DNA of 63,588 nucleotides, counting the filler, from Lenisia limosa (taxonomy: Eukaryota; Protista; Breviatea): NCBI GenBank assembly GCA_001655205.1. It is 13 parts of 13 records of this genome, joined end to end, with 100 filler letters (N's around TTAATTAATTAA, not from the genome) between each part and the next. Parts side by side here need not be neighbours in the genome. Positions count along the whole stretch, not along the records: positions 4,129 to 25,340 come from LPNZ01008210.1; positions 25,441 to 28,311 come from LPNZ01011468.1; positions 28,412 to 32,911 come from LPNZ01010721.1; positions 33,012 to 34,448 come from LPNZ01000384.1; positions 34,549 to 36,083 come from LPNZ01010692.1; positions 36,184 to 45,557 come from LPNZ01011280.1; 7 more parts are not named here. One strand, 5' to 3'. The translations under genes and the position numbers were made by a program. The notes under the pieces were generated by a model that searched no databases, was not told where the DNA came from, and saw only the letters and a list, made by a program, of their open reading frames with translations. Each line of letters begins with the position of its first letter. The first letter of the stretch is position 1. This document shows positions 24,201 through 36,199 of this stretch, one piece after another.

Positions 24201-25320
24201 GAAGTCTATTTTAAAAACTGTTTCCTATTCTATCACGGAATTCCAAATTAAGACCATCTACCAACAGACCTCAGTTAGGTTTGCCTGCATTGTCAAATGA
24301 GAAGTCTTCATAATCTCAGTTTGACTCATTTCATTGTTCAATTCGGCACATTTCTTCTCATACTTGGCCCTGTCTGTTTCCTTTTCGCTTTTCAATATCA
24401 ACAGTTGTGTGTTCGAAGTATCAAATGCTTCTTTCAATGAAATCATAGATTCTTTAAGTTTCTGGCATTCATTGTGTGATTTCTCTGTCTCCTGGCAAGT
24501 TACTTCCAACTCCGCATTCAATTCCATCATCTTTGCAGCTGCCTTCTCCAATTCAGTCTTAAGCGCAGATACTTCTTCTGAATTGTCTGGAGCATTCTTC
24601 AAGTTCTCAATTTCTTCTTCATACTCCTGTAACTGTTCAACTGAAGATGCATACTTCTCTTCATAATTTTGAATTTTAGCATCCATTTCCGCCATTTTTG
24701 TTGCTGCCTTCTCCAATTCAGTCTTTAACGCAGGTACTTCTTTGGTAACATTCTTCAACATCAGAATTTCAGCTTCATGCTCCTGTCTTTCTTCATGAGA
24801 CTTCTCCAGTACTTCTTCATACTTCCTCTCAAATTCCTCTAATTCGGTATCCATGTCAACCATCTTTGTTGCTGCCTTCTCTAGTTCAGCCTTTAACGCT
24901 GACAGTTCTTCTGAATTATCTCCAGCATTCTTCAACATCAGAATTTCAGCTTCCAATTCTTGTCTTTCTTCTTGAGACTTCTCCAGTACTTCTTCATACT
25001 TCCTCTCAAATTCCTCTAATTCGGTATCCATGTCAACCATCTTTGTTGCTGCCTTCTCTAATTCAGCCTTTAATGAAGACACTTCTTCTGAATTATCTCC
25101 AGCATTTTTCAGCATTAAAATTTCAGCTTCCAACTCCTGTCTTTCTTCTTGAGACTTCTCCAGCACTTCTTCATACTTCCTCTCAAATTCCTCCAATTCG
25201 GTATCCATGTCAACCATCTTTGTTGCTGCCTTCTCTAGTTCAGCCTTTAACGAAGACACTTCTTCTGAATTATCTCCAGCATTCTTCAGCATTAAAATTT
25301 CAGCTTCCAATTCTTGTCTT
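21297..25320 (-). CDS. Long coiled-coil protein with 59-aa internal repeats, 5' truncated
   Basis: A 350-aa open exon (24258-25310) is followed by many E/K/L-rich exons, ending DRLAASLDARLHEAEQRLARHHFH*. No family was recognised. Confidence 0.8.
24790..25320 (-). repeat. 177-bp coding tandem repeat (59 aa), about 3 copies plus degenerate copies downstream
   Basis: EAEILMLKNAGDNSEEVSSLKAELEKAATKMVDMDTELEEFERKYEEVLEKSQEERQEL is repeated at 177-nt spacing and runs into the scaffold edge. Confidence 0.92.
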
Positions 25321-25440
25321 TCTTCTTGAGACTTCTCCAGNNNNNNNNNNNNNNNNNNNNNNNNNNNNNNNNNNNNNNNNNNNNTTAATTAATTAANNNN
25401 NNNNNNNNNNNNNNNNNNNNNNNNNNNNNNNNNNNNNNNN

Positions 25441-28212
25441 GCTGAAAACCCAGCTTCACAGGGGGTACACAGGGCCCCATTTCCTGCTGAGGCCTTACCT
25501 GCAGGACAGGCTGTGCACTCGGCTCCTATAGGGAGTTAAATGGGACTATTTGTGAAACAAAATAAAGCATAAAATCAACTCGGTTGGCTGACAACACACA
25601 AGGGTTGCTAACAACAAAACAAAAGAGTCTTCGTAAAATTGCTGAAGAATATTGGCGTAAAGGTAGCAATCACGAATGGGGGTGGTGGAAATGACCAAGT
25701 TCTTAGATAGGAAATGTGTGAAGGATGTGTAACAAAAACAATTCAATACCCACGCCCACCTCCGGTTCTCTGGTACCCTGGATTACAAGGGGAGCATTCC
25801 AGGTCAATTTCATCAGCCTTAGGCGTTGCACCGTCCATGCATATTTTGGGTTCAGAGTACTGGGAATGTAAAGTTCGTAATATGATGTACAATAAGTTCG
25901 TGCTGTGATGTAAAATAAGATCATACAATGATGTAAAATAAGTTCGAAATATGATAAAAAAATACTCCCCCGACACACCCATTATTATATAGCAATGAAA
26001 AATAAAAGAAAAGGTTGTATCAGGTCGAAGCCATCCACACCATCACGCCTAAAAGAGATATTGGATTAATTCACCAACTCTGTACACACAGCTTTCTGCG
26101 TGCCTACCCAGCTTACAATGTGACCAAATACTCTATACTCCACCCCCCCCCCCCCNNNNNNNNNNNNNNNNNNNNNNNNNNNNNNNNNNNNNNNNNNNNN
26201 NNNNNNNNNNNNNNNNNNNNNNNNNNNNNNNNNNNNNNNNNNNNNNNNNNNNNNNNNNNNNNNNNNNNNNNNCAACACAGAGGGTTCTGTTGAAACACTC
26301 GATGCTGTGGGGGCGGGGAGGTAAAACGAAGGATTTATCGAGAGTATCAGTCTTTTTTGGGACCGTAGGGAAGCCCTAATCGTATATTATTAGCGGGGGA
26401 AGGGGGGGTTATAATCCACTAACCTTCCGGGAGGTGAGTACTTCGAGGCTTCGCAAGTCTCACACTAAAGTCGTAAATTTAAGCAAATCTGTAAACTCAA
26501 CTTTATCTGTAAATTTATTTTTAAAAATATGTAAATATCAAAGTAAATCCATAAATTCAACAACTGACAAAAGGTTGCTGGAACAAAGGGGGCAAAATTC
26601 TTCTCTCATTCTTTCAATTTATGTATGTGTGTACATATGCTCAAGGTGCAAAATTATGTCGTTATTTCGAATTCATGTCGTTAATTATTTACGGTCGCCA
26701 AATCAGCTATTCCCCTTCAAAACAGTAATACATTTCTGAGATATACACACTTAATTTGTTTATGAAGGAAAACAAAGAAAAATATAACCTTTCAAAATTT
26801 TTCTTTTATTTTTTGCAAGATCAGCACTTTATCGTGGAATTTTTTTTTTAGCGCCACGCTCGCGCAATTTTATTTCAGTTTATGCTCGCATTTTTCTCAN
26901 NNNNNNNNNNNNNNNNNNNNNNNNNNNNNNNNNNNNNNNNNNNNNNNNNNNNNNNNNNNNNNNNNNNNNNNNNNNNNNNNNNNNNNNNNNNNNNNNNNNN
27001 NNNNNNNNNNNNNNNNNNNNNNNNNNNNNNNGTATATGATATAGCTATATAGCAATGTAGTGCTTGCGATAAGACTTCACACGAAGTTGAGCTTTATATT
27101 TAGTCAATCATGTCGGGACTTATCGCAATCACAGTATATTATACACACAAGTACAGCATTAATCAAGACTCCTCCTCCCCCAACTATTATATCTAATTTA
27201 TAACTAACATTCGATAATATATGTATACCTTCACTTTGGTTCGAAAACGACTGTCTTGATAAATCCTCGAAAACTATCGATATTTAACCGGTCTTTTTTA
27301 TATACCCCCCCCCCNNNNNNNNNNNNNNNNNNNNNNNNNNNNNNNNNNNNNNNNNNNNNNNNNNNNNNNNNNNNNNNNNNNNNNNNNNNNNNNNNNNNNN
27401 NNNNNNNNAGCTGCGGACTGAAGGAAGGTCAGAGAGAATATAAAAATAATAAAAAATATTGAAAGAAATAGTGTTAACAAAAGAAAAAAAAAAGAAAAAA
27501 AAGTCTCAATAAACAAGGTTCAAGAAATATTTCGATATTATACCGGTATTTTTCAGACTGAAGTGAAGCCATAATAATCCCCTCCCCCCACGGATCCTGC
27601 CGGACATGGGGTGCACTCATCTTCGGCATATTCCACTCCGGTGACAATGACCGACTGATGGGGAGTAAGATTTAAAATTTGATGAAACAAAAAAAAAAGC
27701 CCCAAATCAACTCTATTGGTTGATAATTAGGAATTAGAATAGTTAATGGGGGNNNNNNNNNNNNNNNNNNNNNNNNNNNNNNNNNNNNNNNNNNNNNNNN
27801 NNNNNNNNNNNNNNNNNNNNNNNNNNNNNNNNNNNNNNNNNNNNNNNNNNNNNNNNNNNNNNNNNNNNNNNNNNNNNNNNNNNNNNNNNNNNNNNNNCAT
27901 ACTAAATACTATATGTTTTAAAACACTGCCCTACTCTGATAAAGGCCATATCCTGACCCTGGGTCACGCCAAAGTCCTTTTCGAACACCCAAGTCATGCG
28001 GTGGATTCCCTGCGTGGCGTGAGTAAGTAAGTAAATTAGAGGGAGAACAGGTGAACTTGAAGAAAGCTGTGTCAATTTGATTAAAAACAAAACAGGTTGA
28101 TAAGTGGGGTAGAAACAATCACAAAAACAACAATTAAATCCTCCCTTCAAACCATGGTCAAGTTGAAGGTCTCAATATCCCAAGTAAACTGAGTACTAAC
28201 TTGTCCGAACAC
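25441..28212 (-). CDS. ELAPOR/KIAA1324-like Cys-rich (GCC2_GCC3-type) surface protein fragment
   Basis: Spliced FTWDIETFNLTMGIHRMTWVFEKDFGVTQGQDMAFIRSVIVTGVEYAEDECTPCPAGS is followed by LECSPCNPGY and ECTACPAGKAS...CTPCEAG. This resembles the ELAPOR segment V.NI.ITGVAY..EC.PC.PG. Confidence 0.55.
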
Positions 28213-28489
28213 CTGTCGGGGTAAAATTGTAAAATTTTTGAAACAAAAAAGTCCAAAGTCAACACTGTTGGCTGACAACACACAAGGGTTGAGGACAACA
28301 AAACAAACAAANNNNNNNNNNNNNNNNNNNNNNNNNNNNNNNNNNNNNNNNNNNNTTAATTAATTAANNNNNNNNNNNNNNNNNNNNNNNNNNNNNNNNN
28401 NNNNNNNNNNNACGGGAGTGGGGGAGGGGTGAAGCTAGATTACCCTGTTAGTAAACTTAGATTTTCCCAAAGACGTCTGAGAAAGTGGG

Positions 28490-28564
28490 GTAATAATAAT
28501 AATAATAATATAATAGTAATACTAATAGTAATAATAAATAATAACAATAACAATAATAACAATC

Positions 28565-28608
<44 letters not shown>

Positions 28609-28623
28609 AAACAACAACAACAA
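28490..28623. repeat. Compound microsatellite (AAT)n grading into (CAA)n
   Basis: Visible directly; runs into an N gap. Confidence 0.95.
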
Positions 28624-28789
28624 NNNNNNNNNNNNNNNNNNNNNNNNNNNNNNNNNNNNNNNNNNNNNNNNNNNNNNNNNNNNNNNNNNNNNNNNNNNNN
28701 NNNNNNNNNNNNNNNNNNNNNNNNNNNNNNNNNNNNNNNNNNNNNNNNNNNNNNNNNNNNNNNNNNNNNNNNNNNNNNNNNNNNNNNNT

Positions 28790-29983
28790 AATAATAAATA
28801 AAGAAGCCTGGGATACCTTCAACACTTTATCCGGGCATAGCGCCAAGTCTTCGGGGGAGGTGCACCCTGTGCTCAGGTTGACCAAAAAAACAACCTGGGG
28901 GGGAGGGGTATGAACATTATGAAACAGAAACAAACCTAGGGGGATCCTTCCCTCACAAATAATGTATCCCCTCTCCACCATACATGTACAATGACAAGGA
29001 TAAGTCTTGACCTATTTTCTTTGGGAAATCTTTTGCATATAATTATACACAACTTCAGTATTTGTTTCCCTAGATTTCTGATGTATAATATCATATTAAA
29101 TCCTTTGTTCAAAAAAAAACATTATTAGCCCCCCCACCCCCCACCTGGCTGGCTGTTCCATCAGAAAAAATGATAGTCACAAGAATGTCTTTCACGTTCC
29201 GCACGGGACGGACTGAAATGATTAATGCGTATTTTTTGGTACAGTATGGATAAAAATGAAATAGAGTATGATGCACAAAAGCGATTAAAGCTGAAGTGTT
29301 TTTTGACAATGAGAACACACTTTATCTGATCCTAGTTTCAATAGAGACTTTACTGCAACCCTACCCTACCAGCGAGCGAGCGTGGGTGTTTATTGGACTC
29401 ATACGAAGCGATCTTATTTTGGCCCTCCACCGATGTTAGAGTCAAAGTTCCCTTAACGTCCAAAGTCACTAATATCCGCGAACTGGGGGGGTGAGGCGGG
29501 TAAGACGCAGGATTTGGGGAGTAAAACGAAGGAAATTTCGATGAAAAATATTGGCGTAAAGGTACTAATCACAAAATTGAAGAAAGTATGAAATGGGGGA
29601 ATTGCATATACTATAGAGAAACCAGATATATTATACATACTGTGCACACCTCCCCCCCCCCCNNNNNNNNNNNNNNNNNNNNNNNNNNNNNNNNNNNNNN
29701 NNNNNNNNNNNNNNNNNNNNNNNNNNNNNNNNNNNNNNNNNNNNNNNNNNNNNGCAGCCTCAGAAGCCCTAATAATCGCCATCATCGCCCAGGTCAGCGA
29801 GTCCCATAGGATAACATGACCAGTGGAGCAGGCGGTGGCCAGAATGGTCCCGGGGCGGTTGAATCGAACGCTTGTTGGAGTGCCTATAGTGGAGTCTTCG
29901 TCTGTAGCTGGCTTTAGGTTGAGCTCTTCTGAGAACTGCTCTGGCACAAAGTCCGACTCGTCTTTTGTGAACAGGCGGTTCAT
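28790..29983 (-). CDS. RBBP5/Swd1-like WD40 protein (COMPASS subunit), N-terminal part
   Basis: MNRLF...PEQFSEEL...SVRFNRPGTILATACSTGHVILWDSLTWAMMAII matches the RBBP5 N-terminus pattern (PEE...L...FNR.GTLLA.GC.DG.I.IWD.LT....II). The next exon is SRILVTLDVKGTLTL. Confidence 0.62.
29515..29575 (-). repeat. Family E short intronic repeat
   Basis: gggagtaaaacgaaggaaatttcgatgaaaaatattggcgtaaaggt, whole or in part, recurs at about 25630, 26315 and 50305, and reversed at about 32145-32180 where it ends in ...ttactcccctacag. Confidence 0.6.
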
Positions 29984-30302
29984 TATCCTGGGGNNNNNNN
30001 NNNNNNNNNNNNNNNNNNNNNNNNNNNNNNNNNNNNNNNNNNNNNNNNNNNNNNNNNNNNNNNNNNNNNNNNNNNNNNNNNNNNNNNNNNNNNNNNNNNN
30101 NNNNNNNNNNNNNNNNNNNNNNNNNNNNNNNNNNNNNNNNNNNNNNNNNNNAACTCCAGCGAACAAAGCCCAAAATCAACTCTATCGAAAAAAAAAAGCC
30201 CGTTTCACTGGATGAATGCATTGACTAATAAGAGGAAAATTACTGCACTGAAGAAGCAATAAACGTGAAAAGTGGAGGACAGGAGTATTTGTTTCCCTAG
30301 AA

Positions 30303-31589
30303 TTCTAGCACTCTGGACCCCCCAAAATCTCCCCTTGAGTTTGACACGGCAAGGGTCGCTCAGAGCCCCTGGAGGGTACAGGGTGGATTTCTAGTGTATT
30401 TGTGTAATTGTAGTCTAAAAAAACAAAGAGAGGGGAAAGTGTATGGAAAAAGGCATCCATGTAAGATTTAACAAAACACCAAAGCTCCACACTTATTAAA
30501 TTATACACACTTATCACCCATCAGTTTGCTTTGGCAAAATTGATCCCCAACATACGGTACTTTACTCGAATCAAAACAGAGAGGGGCTGTGCGGGATCAC
30601 TTACAGCGCTCTTCTTTCTCTTTCTGGGTATGTACGAGGCAGATAGAGTTATCAACAAAGGAACAGCGATGAGAGGACTCTGCCTGAAAAAGCGCGCAAA
30701 AAATGAAGCATTGATCAGTGGGATCTGGTCCTTATGTTTTTGTTTTCCCCCTGGTTCAGTCTTTCCCATTAAAACTATCAATCTTTAGATATGACAACAA
30801 GAGATGAGGTCAAATTCATGATTCAGCATCTTGGGGTAAGAGGATCGCGTAACTGGGCTGTGTTAATGCTTTAGCTGGAGTCTGCTTTGAATGAAGATGA
30901 TCTAGAATGCATAATACGGGCGACAGATTCGCAATCGTCGCTCTTGGAAGAGGTTTGTCCCGGAAACTCAACCGTTCCTGAATATGTATAATCAACTGTA
31001 TAACCAAGAGCCTTTAGTATGAGTATTACAATTACAATAAGAAGTACGGACTATGACGTAACAACAGAGTTGTAATGGGTGAATTTATATTTTACGATAC
31101 TTCTTATAAGCGTGATGGTGTGGACGGATTCGGCCAGAATAAATGATATTTTATCTTTCTCATTTCAATATATAATGAAACCTGATGATAATGCTGTTTC
31201 CTTAAAATGGATATTAAGGATACTATTGATCTTATGCAATAAGGACAGCATCAAAGTTTGCTCTTATTCCCATTGTGATATGTTGGTGAAATGTTAGTGA
31301 TATGTTGTGATATGTCGAAATGATGACGAAGATATCACGGGTTCCTATCAAGTGTGGTCGGTCAATAATCACACGAGTGGATATGACTCAAATTCTCAGT
31401 CCTTCTTTTACTTTCAATATCTTTATTTATGACTTAAATTATCATTCCTTCCTTTTCTTTCACAGGCTCTATTTATGACCAAAATTAGTCTTCAATCAGT
31501 GACTTTGGCTTCTCCCCGGGTTCTTCTCTAGCAAAATCTGAACCAGTTAATGATGGTATTTTGGGTGATGTAAACTTGGTGGATGAATA
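30303..31589 (+). CDS. Uncharacterised multi-exon protein with a possible degenerate EF-hand
   Basis: In-phase GT-AG exons include FALAKLIPNIR, EGLCGITYSALLSLSG and MTTRDEVKFMIQHLG|LESALNEDDLECIIRATDS. Start and end are uncertain. Confidence 0.45.
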
Positions 31590-33344
31590 GGGGAGGAGGT
31601 AGGACTAGAGATTCCCTAAGGTCCCATAAAAGACTGAATTTGTCGATAAATTCTCAATAAATGTCGATATTTGACCGGTCTTTTTCGGACCGTAGGGAAG
31701 CCCAAGGGCGAACATAATTGGCTGGTCCCTGATGTTATTTGGGAGGGGGTTTGGTTCACAGAGACGTGTTTTTATTCACTAATCGGAAAGAAAGGGATGA
31801 GAAAAGAGTCTGTCCAGAGAAAAGATGAATATTATTTGTTATCAGTGAGATGGCAATTAAGGTACTGGTTGTTTGATAATAAAATCAACCGTATATCGTA
31901 TTAACTATAGTTTGTGAACGGCAGTTAGCAAGAATGGCAGGGTACCCTTACAGTGGTTATTCCCCTAATATGAAGTGCTTTGTTTGAATTGTTGGGTTAA
32001 GGTGCTGCCGTTTATTGTGTCCCTCGTGAGTTTTTCAAATATTTAGCCGACACAGTTGATTCCGGCTTTAGTTTTGCTTCATAAAACTTTATAATTGTTT
32101 CGTTCTGATTATTTGGTTGTGATTCGTACCTTTAACGCAACATTGTTCATCGAAATGCCCGTCGTTTTACTCCCCTACAGCCAATACACGGCTTGAGTTG
32201 AGGCGGCTGGAAGCTATGCTTGAGGTATGTCACGTGTACTTAGGGCTTCCCTTCGGTTCGAAAAATCGATAAATCCTCGAAACCTATTGATATTTTACCG
32301 TTATTTTTGTAACCGAAGTGAAGCCCCACGAATACTAAACATAATACCAAATAAAAATGAAGATCTACTCATTTCTACAAAAAAACAAAATAATAGCTTC
32401 CATTTATCAGTAATTTTATATTTCAGGCCAAGACACTAGAAGCTGAGAATTTGAAGAACAGACATAAAATGGTGATCACAAACATGGTGAGGGGGATGGG
32501 AGATGCTACGGTGTAATTGATGTAATTGATGTTNNNNNNNNNNNNNNNNNNNNNNNNNNNNNNNNNNNNNNNNNNNNNNNNNNNNNNNNNNNNNNNNNNN
32601 NNNNNNNNNNNNNNNNNNNNNNNNNNNNNNNNNNNNNNNNNNNNNNNNNCAAACACAAAATCTAAATCTAAGAAAATTGATCATATAGTATCGGTCAAGA
32701 CTTTCTCAGTCATTGTATCTTGGGGTAATATTAGTATTAAGGCTCCGTGCAATTGTGGTCTCACTTCAAATTTTGCAATTAATTGCACTGAGCCCTAATA
32801 AATATCGACTGTACGTACAGTATATAAATGGCAAACGAGCAAACACAAGGACCTGACTGCTGTAGGAAGAGAACTACGAGAGAGCGTTTGCCGACAATAA
32901 GAAGCAGAGAGNNNNNNNNNNNNNNNNNNNNNNNNNNNNNNNNNNNNNNNNNNNNTTAATTAATTAANNNNNNNNNNNNNNNNNNNNNNNNNNNNNNNNN
33001 NNNNNNNNNNNTTGTTAGTATTTATTTTTTCGTATTTTACTAGTTTTATTATTTTTTTTAGTATTTTTTTTTTTGGAGGGGGGGTGTGCTCTACTAGTCA
33101 CTTCAATTCATCATCGATATAAAATGAGTATCCCTCACTTTTGCGACCCTTTTCTCAGCTTTTGTACATCATACATTCAGAGGATATATCCTGTTTCTGT
33201 CGGTTTTCTGTGGGTGTTTTTCTTTGTTGGACTAGTCAACCGCCGGGTCTCTATGATCCTAGTTTCAATTGAGACTTTACTGCAAAAAAAGATATGTATG
33301 TAGATATTATTAAGGATTTACTGAAACAACCATTAACCGCATAG

Positions 33345-34448
33345 AACCGCGAATGGACGTGGAGGGAAGACAGTGACCTTTGTTTGGCCATTTGGCTTCA
33401 CGGCTTCGGCAACTGGGAGGCTTGCAGAACGAACCCCTTCCTCAATCTCGGTTTGAGATTCTATGTCATGTACAATTGTCTACTACATTAAAATAATACA
33501 AAAAGTCTGTATTATTATACATGTATCAAGCTCTTTCCATCTGAGTATGAGAGATACCACAGTCACTATACATACTAGATATTATTAGGGCTTCTCTAAC
33601 GGTAAGAAAAAGATCGTGAATATTTCGATAATTTTCGAGGATTTATTGAGAGATTCACTCTTTTTTGGGACCAAAGGGAAGTACAAGATATTATATCTTT
33701 ACATTGATAGTATGCTCTTCTAAATTTCCCAGGCGACAAGCTAGGCAAGTCCAAGGCCCCTGCAGCTAATTCGGTTCTGACTCCACATCAACTCCTCAGA
33801 CGAGCGGAAACGATTTTGAGCTGTGTGACTTCACCAAGATGTGGGGGAGGGGGCGGCAGTTTCTTTGTTACCATCATCGCAACCACAATCATCAACATCA
33901 TCATCATCATCATCACTACCACCATCATTTTTAACTTGGGTAGTATCAGTTGCAAAGAAGCCCTCTTCAACGGACCTTCCCAGCATCCAGGTAAGACCTC
34001 TCAGAATTTGATCAAATTATTAACCCTTTCCAATGACGGTCTTCCCTCCTCCGTAAATGAATCCTTAGGTGTAACTCCCATGTATTTATTTCTTTCAGCC
34101 TGCCGAGCCCTCTCCTAAAACGGAGCCGGTGTCTGTCAAAACTGAATCGAGTCCGACCCCAGAAGAGCCTGAAGCGGAACTGGAGGAATCACCAGAAGTG
34201 GGGGGGGTGATTCTCTTTTTCGATGAAAGCAAGACTATCTATTAAATACAACCTGGGGATACGAAAGACTACATAGGGGGACATGAGAAGTATAGTAATT
34301 TGTATATCATTTCTCTTGTTCAAAAAAGAAGTTGTCGAGGATTTATCGAGAAATTCAGTCTTTTTTCGAACCGAAGTGAAGCCCTAGTTGTCATTCAATA
34401 ATCTCACACCTACAGCCCATCGCCGAAGTCAAACCCAGCCATATGGAG
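33345..34448 (+). CDS. CHD-family remodeller-like C-terminal SANT/SLIDE fragment
   Basis: WTWREDSDLCLAIWLHGFGNWEACRTNPFLNL|GDKL...QLLRRAETIL resembles the CHD1 motif W..EDD..LL.GI..HG.GNWE.I..DP.L.L.DK...L..R..YLL. The scaffold is truncated on both sides. Confidence 0.6.
33586..33686. mobile_element. Family A MITE (hAT-type, about 100 bp), copy with a perfect 8-bp target-site duplication
   Basis: Termini are TAGGGCTT... and a degenerate right end; GATATTAT lies at both 33578-33585 and 33687-33694. Related copies are at 1897, 2560, 3032, 5463, 26330, 27230, 27520, 31606, 32241, 34330, 46320, 48670, 49953, 55768, 61349 and 63061. Confidence 0.8.
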
Positions 34449-34716
34449 NNNNNNNNNNNNNNNNNNNNNNNNNNNNNNNNNNNNNNNNNNNNTTAATTAA
34501 TTAANNNNNNNNNNNNNNNNNNNNNNNNNNNNNNNNNNNNNNNNNNNNTATCATACATTTGTAGCTATCATATGTGCTTCGCGCTTTTCAACCCTTGTAC
34601 ATGTGTTTATTGGACTTGGGGTTTTTGTTTCTTAACGTTTTTTTAATGTTAACTTATTGTCCCCCCAATAGACATATACACATACTCACATTTTCATTCG
34701 ACCCCCCTCCCCCCAG

Positions 34717-35900
34717 AGGTCGCATATCAGACGTATTGGGACCTCAAGCATGTCCATCCCGAGTACTTCTCATCTGGACGGAAAACGTGGGGGGGGGGGG
34801 GNNNNNNNNNNNNNNNNNNNNNNNNNNNNNNNNNNNNNNNNNNNNNNNNNNNNNNNNNNNNNNNNNNNNNNNNNNNNNNNNNNNNNNNNNNNNNNNNNNN
34901 NNNNNNNNNNNNNNNNNNNNNNNNNNNNNNNNNNNNNNNNNNNNNNNNNNNNNNATGGCTGTGTTGAATAGCATAAATAAGACATAAAAAAGTAACACAT
35001 TTTACGGTTAACTCTTTTGTTGAGTCTTGGGGAATTAATTCATACTATTTACCAGAGACTACACTAATGTCCCTAAAGACCCATGAAATATCGTCATTTA
35101 TCAAGAACATGAGACGTCAGTCTTGCCTGTAACCGAAAACAGTATATGCATGCCTCCCCCCCCCCCCNNNNNNNNNNNNNNNNNNNNNNNNNNNNNNNNN
35201 NNNNNNNNNNNNNNNNNNNNNNNNNNNNNNNNNNNNNNNNNNNNNNNNNNNNNNNNNNNNNNNNNNNNNNNNNNNNNNNNNNNNNNNNNNNNNNNNNNNN
35301 NNNNNNNNNNNNNNNNNNNNNNNNNNNNNNNNNNNNNNNNNNNNNNNNNNNNNNNNNNNNNNNNNNNNNNNNNNNNNNNNNNNNNNNNNNNNNNNNNNNN
35401 NNNNNNNNNNNAGGGGGTTCAGCGTCATGTGAGGAAGGGGAATAGTGTTTTGTGTAGAGATAGTAAGATTCATTTTTTGGGTCATTCACACGTCATTTTT
35501 CACGCAGTGATATAATACCTCATATCCACTCTGTGATAATTGACCGAAAATATTGGTTAACAGAAAATAATTGATAAACAGATATGCCAACCATATCAAT
35601 AAGCATGATGATGGAAATCACATAACAAATCGGTCAAAGCTTTGCCCGGTCACTGTATATCTATATCTTGTGAACAGTATTTATTGTAACTCCATCCAGT
35701 AAGCCTCCACCCCACATCAGCGAAAGTAGTGCGGCGCCGATACCTCCCGAAAATGACGGTGTACCGGACCTGCCGTCTGATCCGTACCGGCCGTCTTCTC
35801 GAGGGTGGGGCACCTGGGGTAATCTACGGGACAGGGTTGCTAATATCGGAGAGGGTCTTCTGGCAGGATCAGTGATCACATTTCCCCCCTTGTGTATGTT
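34717..35900 (+). CDS. Unidentified exon fragments
   Basis: An exon at about 34717-34788 (EVAYQTYWDLKHVHPEYFSSGRK) has a C-rich acceptor and a G-run donor; further GC-rich candidate exons lie near 35700-35810. Confidence 0.3.
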
Positions 35901-36199
35901 TCGAAATTACTTCTGTCTAAGTCCCTGTCTTATTGATATTTTAGAATCACGATGAGTGAGTCGCTTAAGAAACGGACAGTTGCCATGTCTGTCACACAGA
36001 GCATCAAAGTTGGTGGCTTGTTGCCCCATGTTATAGTATCTTGGTTTTGGGATGTTTTTGTTTCATAGTGTTGCATTTTACCTNNNNNNNNNNNNNNNNN
36101 NNNNNNNNNNNNNNNNNNNNNNNNNNNTTAATTAATTAANNNNNNNNNNNNNNNNNNNNNNNNNNNNNNNNNNNNNNNNNNNNCCCCCCCCCCTCTAAC

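Noticed and set aside
28429-28791. Poly-Asn/poly-Gln ORF
   Set aside because: It is explained by the (AAT)n/(CAA)n microsatellite running into an N gap, with no supporting splice context. A coding role cannot be fully excluded.
35094-35515. Many ORFs containing long X runs (here and throughout)
   Set aside because: They stay open only because N gaps contain no stop codons.
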